Notes under the pieces: generated by a model | What the model saw: the letters and a program-made list of their open reading frames with translations, nothing else | Told to the model about the DNA's origin: nothing | Database searches by the model: none | Source of the DNA: Eledone cirrhosa | Taxonomy: Eukaryota | NCBI GenBank assembly: GCA_964016885.1 | Contig: OZ024746.1 | Span: forward strand, 31,186,001 to 31,250,000 | Reading direction: 5' to 3' | Length of the DNA: 64,000 nucleotides | Translations under genes and position numbers: made by a program | Part shown: positions 1 through 10,692 of the stretch, piece after piece | Layout of the letters: each line of letters begins with the position of its first letter | Position numbering within the stretch: the first letter of the stretch is position 1

Positions 1-125
1 TGGTTGGGAGTGGAGCTGGAGTGGAGGGGTTCTGTTCCCCACTGACATTTTTTAAAAATAACATTAAAAGAACAAAACTGAGTTTTTGAAGTAAACAAGT
101 CATACTACAATGTTTTTGTTGTAGT

Positions 126-732
126 TTAAACCTTTAGTTACCATATTACTAATGTAAGACACTACCTATGTCATTAAACCTTTAGTTACCATATTTCTAA
201 TGAAAGTTGCTACCTATGTCATTAACCCTTTCATTAACATATTTCTAATGAATGACACTGCCTGTCATTAACCCTTTCATTACCATATTTCTAATGAAAG
301 ACACTACCTATGTCATTAACCCTTTAGTTACCATATTTGTAATGAAAGACACTACCTATGTCTCTCACCATTTTATTACTATATTTCTAATGAAAGTCAT
401 TGCCTATGACATTAACCCTTTCATTAACATATTTCTAATGAAAAACACTACCTATGTCATCAACCCTTTCATTAACATATTTCTAATGAAAAACACTTCT
501 TATGCCATTAATCCTTTCATTAACATATTTCTAATGAAAAACACTGACTACTTCATAAACATATTTCTAATGAGAGACACTACCTATGTCATCAACCCTT
601 TCATTACCATATTTCCGATGTAAGACACTACCAATGTCATTAACCTTTTCATTACCATATTTATAATGAAAGACACTGTCTAACTGATTAACAACTTTCA
701 TACCATATATCTAATGGGAGACACTGCCTATG
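126..732. repeat. 48-bp minisatellite (~12 copies) whose monomer is the terminus of a piggyBac-type MITE
   Basis: Monomer ATTAACCCTTTCATTACCATATTTCTAATGAAAGACACTACCTATGTC, giving 16-aa periodicity in ORF 252..623. It is the reverse complement of MITE ends at ~33025-33067, ~15205-15245 and ~14895-14934. Confidence 0.9.
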
Positions 733-989
733 GTTACAAATAATCAAGAATTTGGAGGAATTTAGTAATATAATTAACTTTCTCATAATTAAGTTGGACA
801 TTGTGAGGCTACTGACCTCCCAGGTAGGCCGAGGGTCTGCATATTACTTACATACAGTGCTATGCTCTACCAAGTGCATCGTTTTTACAGCAGGGTAGTA
901 TGCAGAAGTATGTATGTATAACTCTCAGAGTTTAAGATGCCAAATTTAGTGGAGAAAATTGTATCATATACTACTAAATATAGATTATA

Positions 990-1283
990 TGTATGTGTAA
1001 TAGTGTTAAGGCAGAGTTACTTTTACATCATTGACAGTCTCTATGTGACAACATCAGATGCTCATACAATTATGTGATGTAGTTATGCTGGTATGGAGAT
1101 ATGCTGTTAGTAAAGTATATCTACATACCAGCATAACTACATCACATAATTCTATGAGTATCTGATGATGTTACATTGGGATTGTCAATGACGTAACCAT
1201 TGCATAATTACTCACCAGAAATTATATATTATGTCATAAAATAATTATGTAAATGTAACTGTCTTAACACTATTTCGTAAATA
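990..1283. repeat. Imperfect fold-back palindrome
   Basis: TCATTGACAG...TTATGTGATGTAGTTATGCTGGTATG (left arm) vs CATACCAGCATAACTACATCACATAA...TGTCAATGA (right arm). ~8-nt centre at 1106-1113; outer arms AATAGTGTTAAG / CTTAACACTATT. Confidence 0.85.
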
Positions 1284-1484
1284 GAAACTCCACTACGCTT
1301 AATCGTCACCATTTCACTGGGGATATACTACTGATGTGGAGTGCTTTTGGACTGCTGAAATTATCTTTGTGGCATTACAATGCAACCTTCATGAATAAAC
1401 ACCATAATTATCCACACACACACACACACACACACACCCACCACCACCACCACCACCACCACCACCACCACCACCACCACCACC

Positions 1485-3141
1485 ATCACCATCATCATCA
1501 TCATCATCATCATTTAACATCCATCTTCCACGCTTGCATGGGTTTGGACGGGAATTTTCCCATTTGAGGCAAGATTGGTTGTCTTGCTCGTATAGGACTG
1601 TCTGGCAGGTTTTCTACGGCTGAATGCCCTTCCTAACACCAACCACGTTTACAGTGTGGACTGGGAGGTTTTTACCGTGTTACCTACATGACCACATTAC
1701 AGCGTGGACTGTGTTTTTTTTGTCGTGGCACCTACACAACCTCATTTATTTCGGACTGGATGTTGTGGTACCAACATAACTTTACATCGAAAGGGGTGGT
1801 GTGGATGAAGTGGGGGTAGTGGGACGGGGGTGTATTTTTGTTAAGAGGTGCCTACTGACTGTAGGTTTCGCTTTGTACTTAGGCAAGGCGGGCCTTCTGT
1901 ATTACTGTGTAGCACGAATGACGGTCCAGTGACATTGTCTTGGAGAGGTGTAAGTGTGTGAGGTCGGAATTTATCAAGTCATCCCAGGTTTTTCTGGGTC
2001 TGCCTACTCCGTGGCTACCGTCTATTTTTATCGCCCTGCACTTTTTTATACAGCTGTCGTCTTTCATGCGCATCACGTTACCATACCAACGTAGTCTTTT
2101 CTCGAGTAAACAACATCTGGTCCCTCTTATTCCTAATTTCTCCCTTAGTTCATTTATGTTTGCTGTTCACGTATATTACTATTACACATCCAATGGAGCA
2201 TGCAAGCTTCGTTCCTCTCCAGTCTGTGTATATCCTCTGCACACAATGCCCAAGTCTCACTGCCATGTAACATTGCTGTTCGTAAGCAGGCATCATACAG
2301 CCTGCTTTTCATTTTTAGAGAGAAACCTTTAGCTGCCAATAGTGGTATAAGCTCTCTGAACTTTTTCCATCCCATTCTGACTCTAGCTACTGTACTTTTA
2401 GAGCACCCTCCACCACTGCTGATTTTGTCACCCAGGTAACGGAAGCTGTCCACTATTTCTATAGAACCATCTGTGCAATGGAATGAGCTAGTATTCTGTG
2501 GGCACTTACTGCTACTTATTGCACCTGAGCACCCACCACATATAAAATCTATATTCTTAGTTAGCTTACCTGTGATCCCACTACATCTTTTATGCACCCA
2601 TACTTTGCATTTGGGACATAAAATGGAGTTTCTGCCTACTCCTTTCCTACACACTGAGCATAACCATTTCCCAGATGGGACCAGTGCCCTATTTTCCTTC
2701 CTACAAACTAGAACTTTAGTCTTAGACAGGTTAATTTTAAGGCCTTTTGATTCTAGGCCATGCTTCCATGTTTGGAATTTCTTCTCTAGTTCAGCCATTG
2801 ATTCAGCTATGAGCGTTAGATCATCTGCGTATAGGAGTTCCCATGGGCAACCGGTCTTGAACTCCTCTGTTATAGCCTGAAGGGCAATAATAAATAGGAG
2901 GGGGCTAAGGACTGAGCCCTGATGAACACCAACTTTTACGCTAAACTCTTCACTATATTCGTTGTTAATTCTAACCTTGCTGACTGTTTCTTTATACATG
3001 GCTTGTATAGATCTCACAAGCCATTCATCAACACCTAGTTTTCTGAGAGCCCACCAGATAATGGAGCGTGGGACTCTGTCAAAGGCTTTCTCCAAATCAA
3101 CAAAAGCTAAGTATAGGGGTCTACTTTTAGCTAGGTACTTC
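1485..3141 (-). mobile_element. 5'-truncated RTE-clade LINE (RT domain, C-terminus, 3'UTR, (ATG)n tail)
   Basis: Minus-strand translation gives AFVDLEKAFDRVPR...GVHQGSVLSPLLF...LLYADD...GLKINLSKTKV...FRYLG, then RLRWYGNVMRM...GRPRKTW. The tail is (CAT)n on the plus strand, and the 5' end abuts (TA)n at 3142. Confidence 0.93.
1879..3141 (-). pseudogene. RTE reverse transcriptase ORF remnant with an in-RT PHD-type zinc finger; one frameshift near 2155
   Basis: ORFs 2154..3095 and 1879..2076 join by a 1-nt frame change (REQQT|NELREKLGIRG). YADD catalytic motif is intact. The C4HC3 motif lies at 2529-2660. Confidence 0.88.
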
Positions 3142-3192
<51 letters not shown>

Positions 3193-3616
3193 CATACATA
3201 CACACACACACACACATACACCTTAAACCTCCATAATGTAGTTATTTTTAGTGAACGCTATTGCTATACAATGAATAGAGATATTTTAATGTCAAAATCA
3301 CACATACACACTACCACATATATATATATATATATAAGTGTGTGTACGCATGTTAGTGTATGTTAAAGTTCCATAAAGCAACTATTTCTGTCTCCTGTCT
3401 AAATGCTGTTGTTATACAACAGACATATTTTCTTCTCACTTGAATAAACTAGAAAATGATGAGATATTCATTTGATAAGAAATTAAACACAAGTAAAACT
3501 ACTAACAATGCATGTGTATGTGTGTGTATATATATATATATATATATACACTTACATCTACACACATGTTATATAATCTGATATTGGTACCAAACATTCA
3601 GTGTTTCATTGTATTT

Positions 3617-3694
<78 letters not shown>

Positions 3695-3777
3695 GAGGGT
3701 GTTAAAGTTTGCTTGAAGAAAATATATATATATATATATATATAAAACTCTTTTAACCATCTTTTGATCTTATGTAT

Positions 3778-4013
<236 letters not shown>

Positions 4014-4164
4014 TTCTCTCTCTCTCCACGTCTATATATACCTACCTCTATTTCATCTAACCATCCAGATCTTACTAGCCATCACTACCACCATTGCCAT
4101 CTCCTCCCCTAACCTTTGTTTTCACTGAAATCTCTCTCATTACACATTCCAGTCTTATATAAAC

Positions 4165-4512
4165 GGTGTTGTTGTTGTTGTTGTTATTGTTACTGTTGTT
4201 GTTACTTCATAGTTATTGCTTTGATATTGTTACTGTTGTTATTGATAGACAGTGTTGTTATTGTTACTGCTGTAGTTGTTGTTATTGTTGTTGTTGCTAT
4301 TTCACTTCAGTCATAGTTATTGCTTTATTGTTACTGTTGTTGTTGTTATTGATGTAGTTGTTATTGTTATTGATGTAATTGTTGTTGTTATTGATGTAAT
4401 TGTTGTTGTTATTGATGTAATTGTTGTTGTTATTGATGTAGTTGTTATTTCACTTCACAGTCATAGCTATTGCTTTATTGTTACTGTTGTTGTTGTTACT
4501 TTATTGTTGTTC
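4165..4512. repeat. (TTG/TTA)-rich low-complexity repeat
   Basis: Degenerate trinucleotide array with a 21-bp sub-period GTTGTTATTGATGTAATTGTT. Confidence 0.85.
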
Positions 4513-4564
4513 TTTTATCTAGTTACCTCTTTTATTCAGGCATCCCATTGTTACCTGATGATTT

Positions 4565-4614
<50 letters not shown>

Positions 4615-5071
4615 ATATATATATATATACATACATGTATATATATACACACATACATGTATATATATATACACACAAATGTATATGTATAAACAGAAAT
4701 GTAGATTATATACACACGCACAAACAGCTATCTGCTTTAACATTTACCTATATAACATATATATATGCATTTTATACATTTAATTATATATACATGTGTG
4801 TATGTGTGTTTATGTTAGGGGCTGTGTATGTATGTATATTTATATTAGGGGCTGTGTGTGTGTGTATTGTTACCTGTTCAATATACTCGTATACCTTACT
4901 AATTTATTGCTATGAGAGAGAGAAGAGAGATAGAGAGAATAAGAGGGAGAAATAGTGACAGGGAGGGAGAGAGAAAATGGGAGGAAGGAATAGAGACAGT
5001 GAGGGAGAGAGGGACACAGAGAGAGATGGGGGGGGGGGGGAGAAGGGAGAGAAAGAATGAGGAGATAGGGA

Positions 5072-5110
<39 letters not shown>

Positions 5111-5202
5111 GGGTAGAAGAGAAAAACAAAGGATGAAAGATAGACATAAATAAATAGAGAGATCATTGGAGAGATAGTGACTGTGTATCTGTGTATATAT
5201 AA

Positions 5203-5253
<51 letters not shown>

Positions 5254-5459
5254 GATATCAATGCGTGTGCATGCATGTGTATCCCTGTTTATCTATGTGT
5301 GTGATCAGTAGATATTGATTGTAATGAACCACTTAAAGAAGAGAATGTTGGCATTTAGTCAGAAATATTCTCAATAGAAGCTAGAGACAACAACAGCTAC
5401 ATTAGTGTGGGGGGGTGTACGTGTGTGTATATATGTGTGTGTGTGTGTGTGTGTATGTA

Positions 5460-5590
5460 AAAGGTAAACAGAAATAACAACACAATCGGTACAGTATATG
5501 GACGGTATATATTAGGTTAACGCTTGGTATAGCAGGAAGAGGGTCTTAACGTTTTGGACGCTAGTCCTTCATTAGAAGAAAGAATGAGAA
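5460..5590 (-). mobile_element. Penelope-like pseudo-LTR fragment with degenerate hammerhead (family also at 17870-17980 and 28770-28870)
   Basis: Minus strand reads TCTT-CTAATGA-AGGACTAGCGTCC-AAAACGTT-AAGA. Downstream sequence matches 17900-17980 (+) and 28790-28870. Confidence 0.6.
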
Positions 5591-5675
5591 ATAAAATAGA
5601 TTGAGGGGACAGGCAGGTTGGAATTGGGAAAAATGTCTTTAGATAAAAATAACAGGTCCATTCATGGTGACATCT

Positions 5676-5828
<153 letters not shown>

Positions 5829-5893
5829 CACATGTAGAAATCAACTATACAGATATAAATACATACATATAAATATATATATATATTTATAAT

Positions 5894-6233
5894 GGAGGCA
5901 CATGGCTTAGTGGTTAGAGCATTGGCCTTGCAATCGAAAGGTTGTGAGTTCAATTCTCAGGCCGGGTGATGTGTTGTTTCCTTGAGCAAGATACTTTATT
6001 TCACATTGCTCCAGTTTACTCAGCTGTAGAAATGAGATGATAGGGACTGAGGTCCCTATCATTCCACTGCAAAGTGGTTGTGGAGGTGCCACGGAAAAAA
6101 AGCACCCAGCACTCACTGTAAATGAGGTTGGTGTTAGGAAGGGCAACCAGCTGTAGAAATCAAGCCAGAATCAGTTCCCGTCCCACCCTTGCAAGCAGGG
6201 AAAAAGCGGACGTAAAATAAAATGAAATGATGA
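5894..6233 (+). mobile_element. tRNA-derived SINE with RTE-derived 3' tail
   Basis: A box TGGCTTAGTGG, B box GAGTTCAATTC, central CCTTGAGCAAG...ATTGCTCC segment. The 3' part GGTTGGTGTTAGGAAGGGCAACCAGC...ATGATGAT is shared with RTE 3'UTRs. A near-identical inverted copy lies at 39714-40049. Confidence 0.9.
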
Positions 6234-6514
6234 TATACATAGATACATATATATACATACTGTATATAATATATATACATATATACATATATTTACATAT
6301 ATATACATACATATATATACATACTGTATATAATATATATACATATATTTACATATATACATACATATATATACATACTGTATATATACATATATTTACA
6401 TATATATACATATATTTACATATATATATACATATATACACATATATATACATATATACACATATATATACATATATACACATATACATACATATATACA
6501 CATATACATATATA

Positions 6515-6880
6515 TGTAGCGGTTGTCTCCCTTGTTTTGGTTGGGATCTGGACGGGAGGTGGAGCCCTTTCTGCGACTTCCGGTCAGAGCCCTATAAAAC
6601 TGGCGGCTTTGAGCTTCCTCTCTCTCTTTGCCTTTTCGGCACCAGGTCAAGAGTCTTCTCATTTGGCTCTGCCATTAATTTGGCCAACAGGCGCCTGGCC
6701 TTAGCCAGGCGCCCTCTGCCAGCCGCGTTTGCCTGGCAATCAAAACGGTAACTACTAACTTTGTTTCATTCTAACATTTATCTTTGACATGTCAAGTATT
6801 CTATCTACCGTTAATTAAATATTATATACACAAACATTGTCTCGTTTTGTTACATTCATGCAACCAGTAATCCCGCTATA
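6515..6880 (+). repeat. 5' LTR
   Basis: TGTAGCGG...CCGCTATA; identical by eye to 8295-8660; TATAAAA at 6593. Confidence 0.95.
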
Positions 6881-6881
6881 T

Positions 6882-6913
6882 TGGTGACCCCGACGTGATA
6901 CGAACACGCAGCC
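6882..6913 (+). promoter_or_regulatory. Primer-binding site complementary to the tRNA-Trp 3' end, extended to 32 nt
   Basis: TGGTGACCCCGACGTGAT-A-CGAACACGCAGCC is the reverse complement of GGCUGCGUGUUCG(A58)AUCACGUCGGGGUCACCA from metazoan tRNA-Trp(CCA), recalled from memory. Confidence 0.9.
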
Positions 6914-7099
6914 GTTCATCGCTATAAGTGGTCACCCCCAAAAAAAGAAAAAAATAGCACATCTGGTTTTGTGAGTAACATTACGAATACACAGCAAATT
7001 TAGCGACAAACTATGAAAATACTCAAGGACACGCACACACGCACATGTGGAATTCGCACAGACATACTTTTTCTCTCACGCATCAATTAACTGTCGCAT

Positions 7100-7290
7100 T
7101 TCACCAATATATATATTTATGTTTCTCGTTTCTTACAACGAACACTTTCAAAACAAAAAAAAAACATTTCACGATATATATATATGTTTCTCGTTTCTTA
7201 CAACGAACACTTTCAAAACAAAAAAAACATTTCACGATATATATATATGTTTCTCGTTTCTTACAACGAACTCTTTCAAAACACAAAAAA
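7100..7290. repeat. ~60-bp tandem repeat (3 copies) inside the LTR element
   Basis: ATATATATATGTTTCTCGTTTCTTACAACGAACACTTTCAAAACAAAAAAAACATTTCACG repeated. Confidence 0.9.
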
Positions 7291-7789
7291 AAAAAAAAAA
7301 AAAAAAGTTCTAGTTTTTTGTTTTTTTCCAAAGTTCACACCTATAATTATGCTGATGGAAGCCTTTCTTTTTCATCATGGTCACTTTCAAAATCGCACTA
7401 TCATTTTATCGCGCGTTAGAAATATTTTTTTTCAACCTTGTATTGGCACGTGTAGGCAGCATAAATTCTCGATTCACTGAGATGTCTCTTACTCACAGAC
7501 AGCCGCACGCCAGAGATAGCATTTCTCCCCCAAGGATTCTTCAGCCTTAAGCTACATTCTTCTCTTTGCCGGTTTATAAGTTTGCAATGTAAATTTACCG
7601 TTGATAACCGCGCATTTAGTAAGAATGCTTATTTCTCTGGTCGCTGGCCTCTGGACCCTTCCAGATCAACGCATTCTCAACATCGACCATCAACTTCGGC
7701 TGCTATTTCTAGCACTTTGCGCAACTCATTTTTTCTGAAAAATTTTTTGTCTACTGTGAGTTGAAACACCGAATACGCTCACTCAGCGA

Positions 7790-7929
7790 GACAACAGCAG
7801 CAGCAACAACAGCAGCAGCAACAGCAATACAGCAGCAACTTCAATACAGCAGCAACAGCAATACAGCAATACAGCAGCAGCAACAGCAACTACAGCAGCA
7901 ACAACAGCAACAGCAGCAGCAACAGCAAT

Positions 7930-7964
<35 letters not shown>

Positions 7965-7965
7965 C
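7790..7965. repeat. (CAG/CAA)n degenerate trinucleotide repeat inside the LTR element
   Basis: Direct reading. Confidence 0.9.
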
Positions 7966-8294
7966 AAAGCCAGAGAATTTATTTTTGCAGCACTCTTCCT
8001 GTGAGAAAATCCATTCGGAGGTTGGAAATTCACGATATACCACAGAACAGAGACCACCTGCATTCATTCTCTGGAACACACTTTCTTTCCTGCGGTCATG
8101 TGATTGCACACCAGTGAACTATATTTTGTACATTTGAACTTTGAGCCCTTCCCTTACTTTACTACCTTGATATCTAGCATTGATTTTTCCAAACATTCTT
8201 TTGTCGTAATTTTCATGCCTGTTACAACATTCTCGCCAACTTGCTACATATTTTCATTTCGATTTTTATACACTAAAATTCTGGCGGGAGGTTA

Positions 8295-8660
8295 TGTAGC
8301 GGTTGTCTCCCTTGTTTTGGTTGGGATCTGGACGGGAGGTGGAGCCCTTTCTGCGACTTCCGGTCAGAGCCCTATAAAACTGGCGGCTTTGAGCTTCCTC
8401 TCTCTCTTTGCCTTTTCGGCACCAGGTCAAGAGTCTTCTCATTTGGCTCTGCCATTAATTTGGCCAACAGGCGCCTGGCCTTAGCCAGGCGCCCTCTGCC
8501 AGCCGCGTTTGCCTGGCAATCAAAACGGTAACTACTAACTTTGTTTCATTCTAACATTTATCTTTGACATGTCAAGTATTCTATCTACCGTTAATTAAAT
8601 ATTATATACACAAACATTGTCTCGTTTTGTTACATTCATGCAACCAGTAATCCCGCTATA
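8295..8660 (+). repeat. 3' LTR
   Basis: Exact 1780-bp offset copy of 6515-6880. Confidence 0.95.
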
Positions 8661-8949
8661 TATATATACACATATACATATATACACATATACATATATA
8701 CACACACACACACACAACAGCATAGTATTGTGTGTATCTTGTGATGTATGTGCATATATATATATATTTATAGACATATATACATATATACATATACATA
8801 TATTGTACATGTGTGTATGTGTCTACACTTCACAGTCATGTGTAAACTCACTGCACTATTTTGGTTTTAGTGAGGGGGGGGTATGATACCCACAGAAATA
8901 ATAACACCCAGAACCTTTTCCATCCTGATTTTATTCTAGCAATGATGGT

Positions 8950-9215
8950 CAGGCTTCAATCCGCTTTGTGGTCAAGTCCTTGGTGACTAAAGCTTCTTTC
9001 CCACCAGACCCTGGTCTGGTTGGGTGAGGAGTTTATATGGAACCCCAGCAACACAAAAGAAAATGAACTGTTAAAAGGGTGGAAGGCTATCCAGTGCAAC
9101 TATGGGTTGAATAGCCTTATGATACTGCAAATGGTCAAGTGTGGTGAGTACGGCTACACTCCACCCCTGAAGACATGACCAAAACCAAACAGTCGCTGAT
9201 GGATTGGATTGGAAT
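8950..9215 (+). mobile_element. Dispersed repeat related to 42610-43325, resembling an RTE 5'UTR
   Basis: Shared AAAGGGTGGA...AATAGCCT...CTGCAA.TGG.CAAGTGTGGTG.GTA.GGCT. The RTE-5'UTR assignment is recollection only. Confidence 0.4.
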
Positions 9216-9721
9216 ATGCTCTCACAGCAAAGAAATATATGCATAAATCGGAAAGAGGGGACAGTACTAATAAATACTACAAAATATATAGTTTATATGA
9301 AGCCATGTCAAAAATGTGGTTAGGATTGTATTTGGAGAGGTGGTACAATGTAAGTTAGAAATACAGGAGTGAAGACTAGAATTGAGTCAGACATAAAACA
9401 ACAAGTTTTACTTATATTTCATCATATTTCAAGGTTAGAACTGAAAAATCATTAAAAAAAAATATGTACCAAAACAAAATACAATCTTCTTACTATATTT
9501 CTAATGAAAGACATGACATATATATGTTCTTTGTCCACTTTTTTCCATCCCCAGGGGTACTTTACCTGGTTTTTTCAGCAATAACAGTCAGAGGGGGAGG
9601 GACGGAGGGTGCTAAACGCCTGCATAAATTTGTCATAAAAGCAGGTATTAAATTCACCTTGTCCTCATTCTCTGTGCAAGCCTTCAAAAGTGCAGTTTAT
9701 CTTAATTCTTAAAAATAAAAG

Positions 9722-9925
9722 ATGGGTGGTGGGTTGGCAGAATCGGAAGAGTGTCGTATAACATGCTTAGCAGCATAGAGTTACGGCCCTTTACATTCTG
9801 AGTTCAAATCCCACTGAGGTTAACTTTACTTTATGTAAGGATGAAAGGCAAAGTGTACTGGAGTCTATTGAATTGACTTTCCCCTCCCCGAAAGTGCTGG
9901 CCTTGTGCCTAAATCAGATACCATT
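9722..9925 (+). mobile_element. tRNA-derived SINE, second family (Meta/MESC-like central domain)
   Basis: TTGGCAGAATCGG A box, GAGTTCAAATCCC B box, ...CTGGCCTTGTGCCTAAA tail; homologous to 13225-13408 and 56277-56485. Confidence 0.8.
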
Positions 9926-9939
9926 ATTTATGGGATGTC

Positions 9940-10024
<85 letters not shown>

Positions 10025-10648
10025 ATATATGCCTGTATCGCTGTTAACATTATAATGGTCTTTATATTCATTTTTATGTTTTTTATTATTATATATTTTT
10101 TCTTATATTTATTTGTGTGTGTGAGTATGTAGAGGTGTATGTATATATTTCTATTTTTGTGCATGCGTATGTATGCGTGTATGTATGTACATGTGTATAT
10201 ACGTATGATTGTGTGTATGTATGTGTATGTATATGTGTATGTTTATGTATGTGTATGTGTATATATATATGTGTGTGGTTGTATATATGTATGTCTATGT
10301 ATGGATATGTTGATATTTATGTGTGTATGTATATATATACACATATATATGTGTGTGTGTGTGTGTATATATGTGTGTGTATGTATGTGTGTATGTATAT
10401 GTATATATATATATATGTGTATGTATATAATTGTGTGTGTGTGTGTGTTTGCATGTGTGTTTTTATTTTATTTTTCCTTTCCTTCTTCCTTTTCTAGCCT
10501 CACTTTCATATAGATTGCATTTTTGTTTTTAAAATCCAATGTCAATAAATACACCAGGATTTTTTCATTCTGATGATTGAAAGCAAAATTTTTTTGCTTT
10601 TAAGAAACCACTGGTAAATGAATTAATTGCCTTATGTTGTTTATTACA

Positions 10649-10692
<44 letters not shown>

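Larger units (their letters stand above)
6515..8660 (+). mobile_element. Non-autonomous LTR retroelement (TRIM/LARD-like, probably gypsy-derived), recent insertion into (TA)n
   Basis: Two identical 366-bp direct repeats, tRNA-Trp PBS after the 5' LTR, purine-rich tract (GGCGGGAGG) before the 3' LTR, TATA flanks at 6511-6514 and 8661-8664, no intact gag/pol ORF. Confidence 0.93.

Noticed and set aside
5894-5965. tRNA gene
   Set aside because: A/B boxes present but no complete cloverleaf; it continues into a SINE body and is repeated
7582-8117. PolyQ ORF and possible gag/protease remnants inside the LTR element
   Set aside because: Only faint resemblance, with no CCHC or DTG motif; the polyQ is a CAG/CAA repeat
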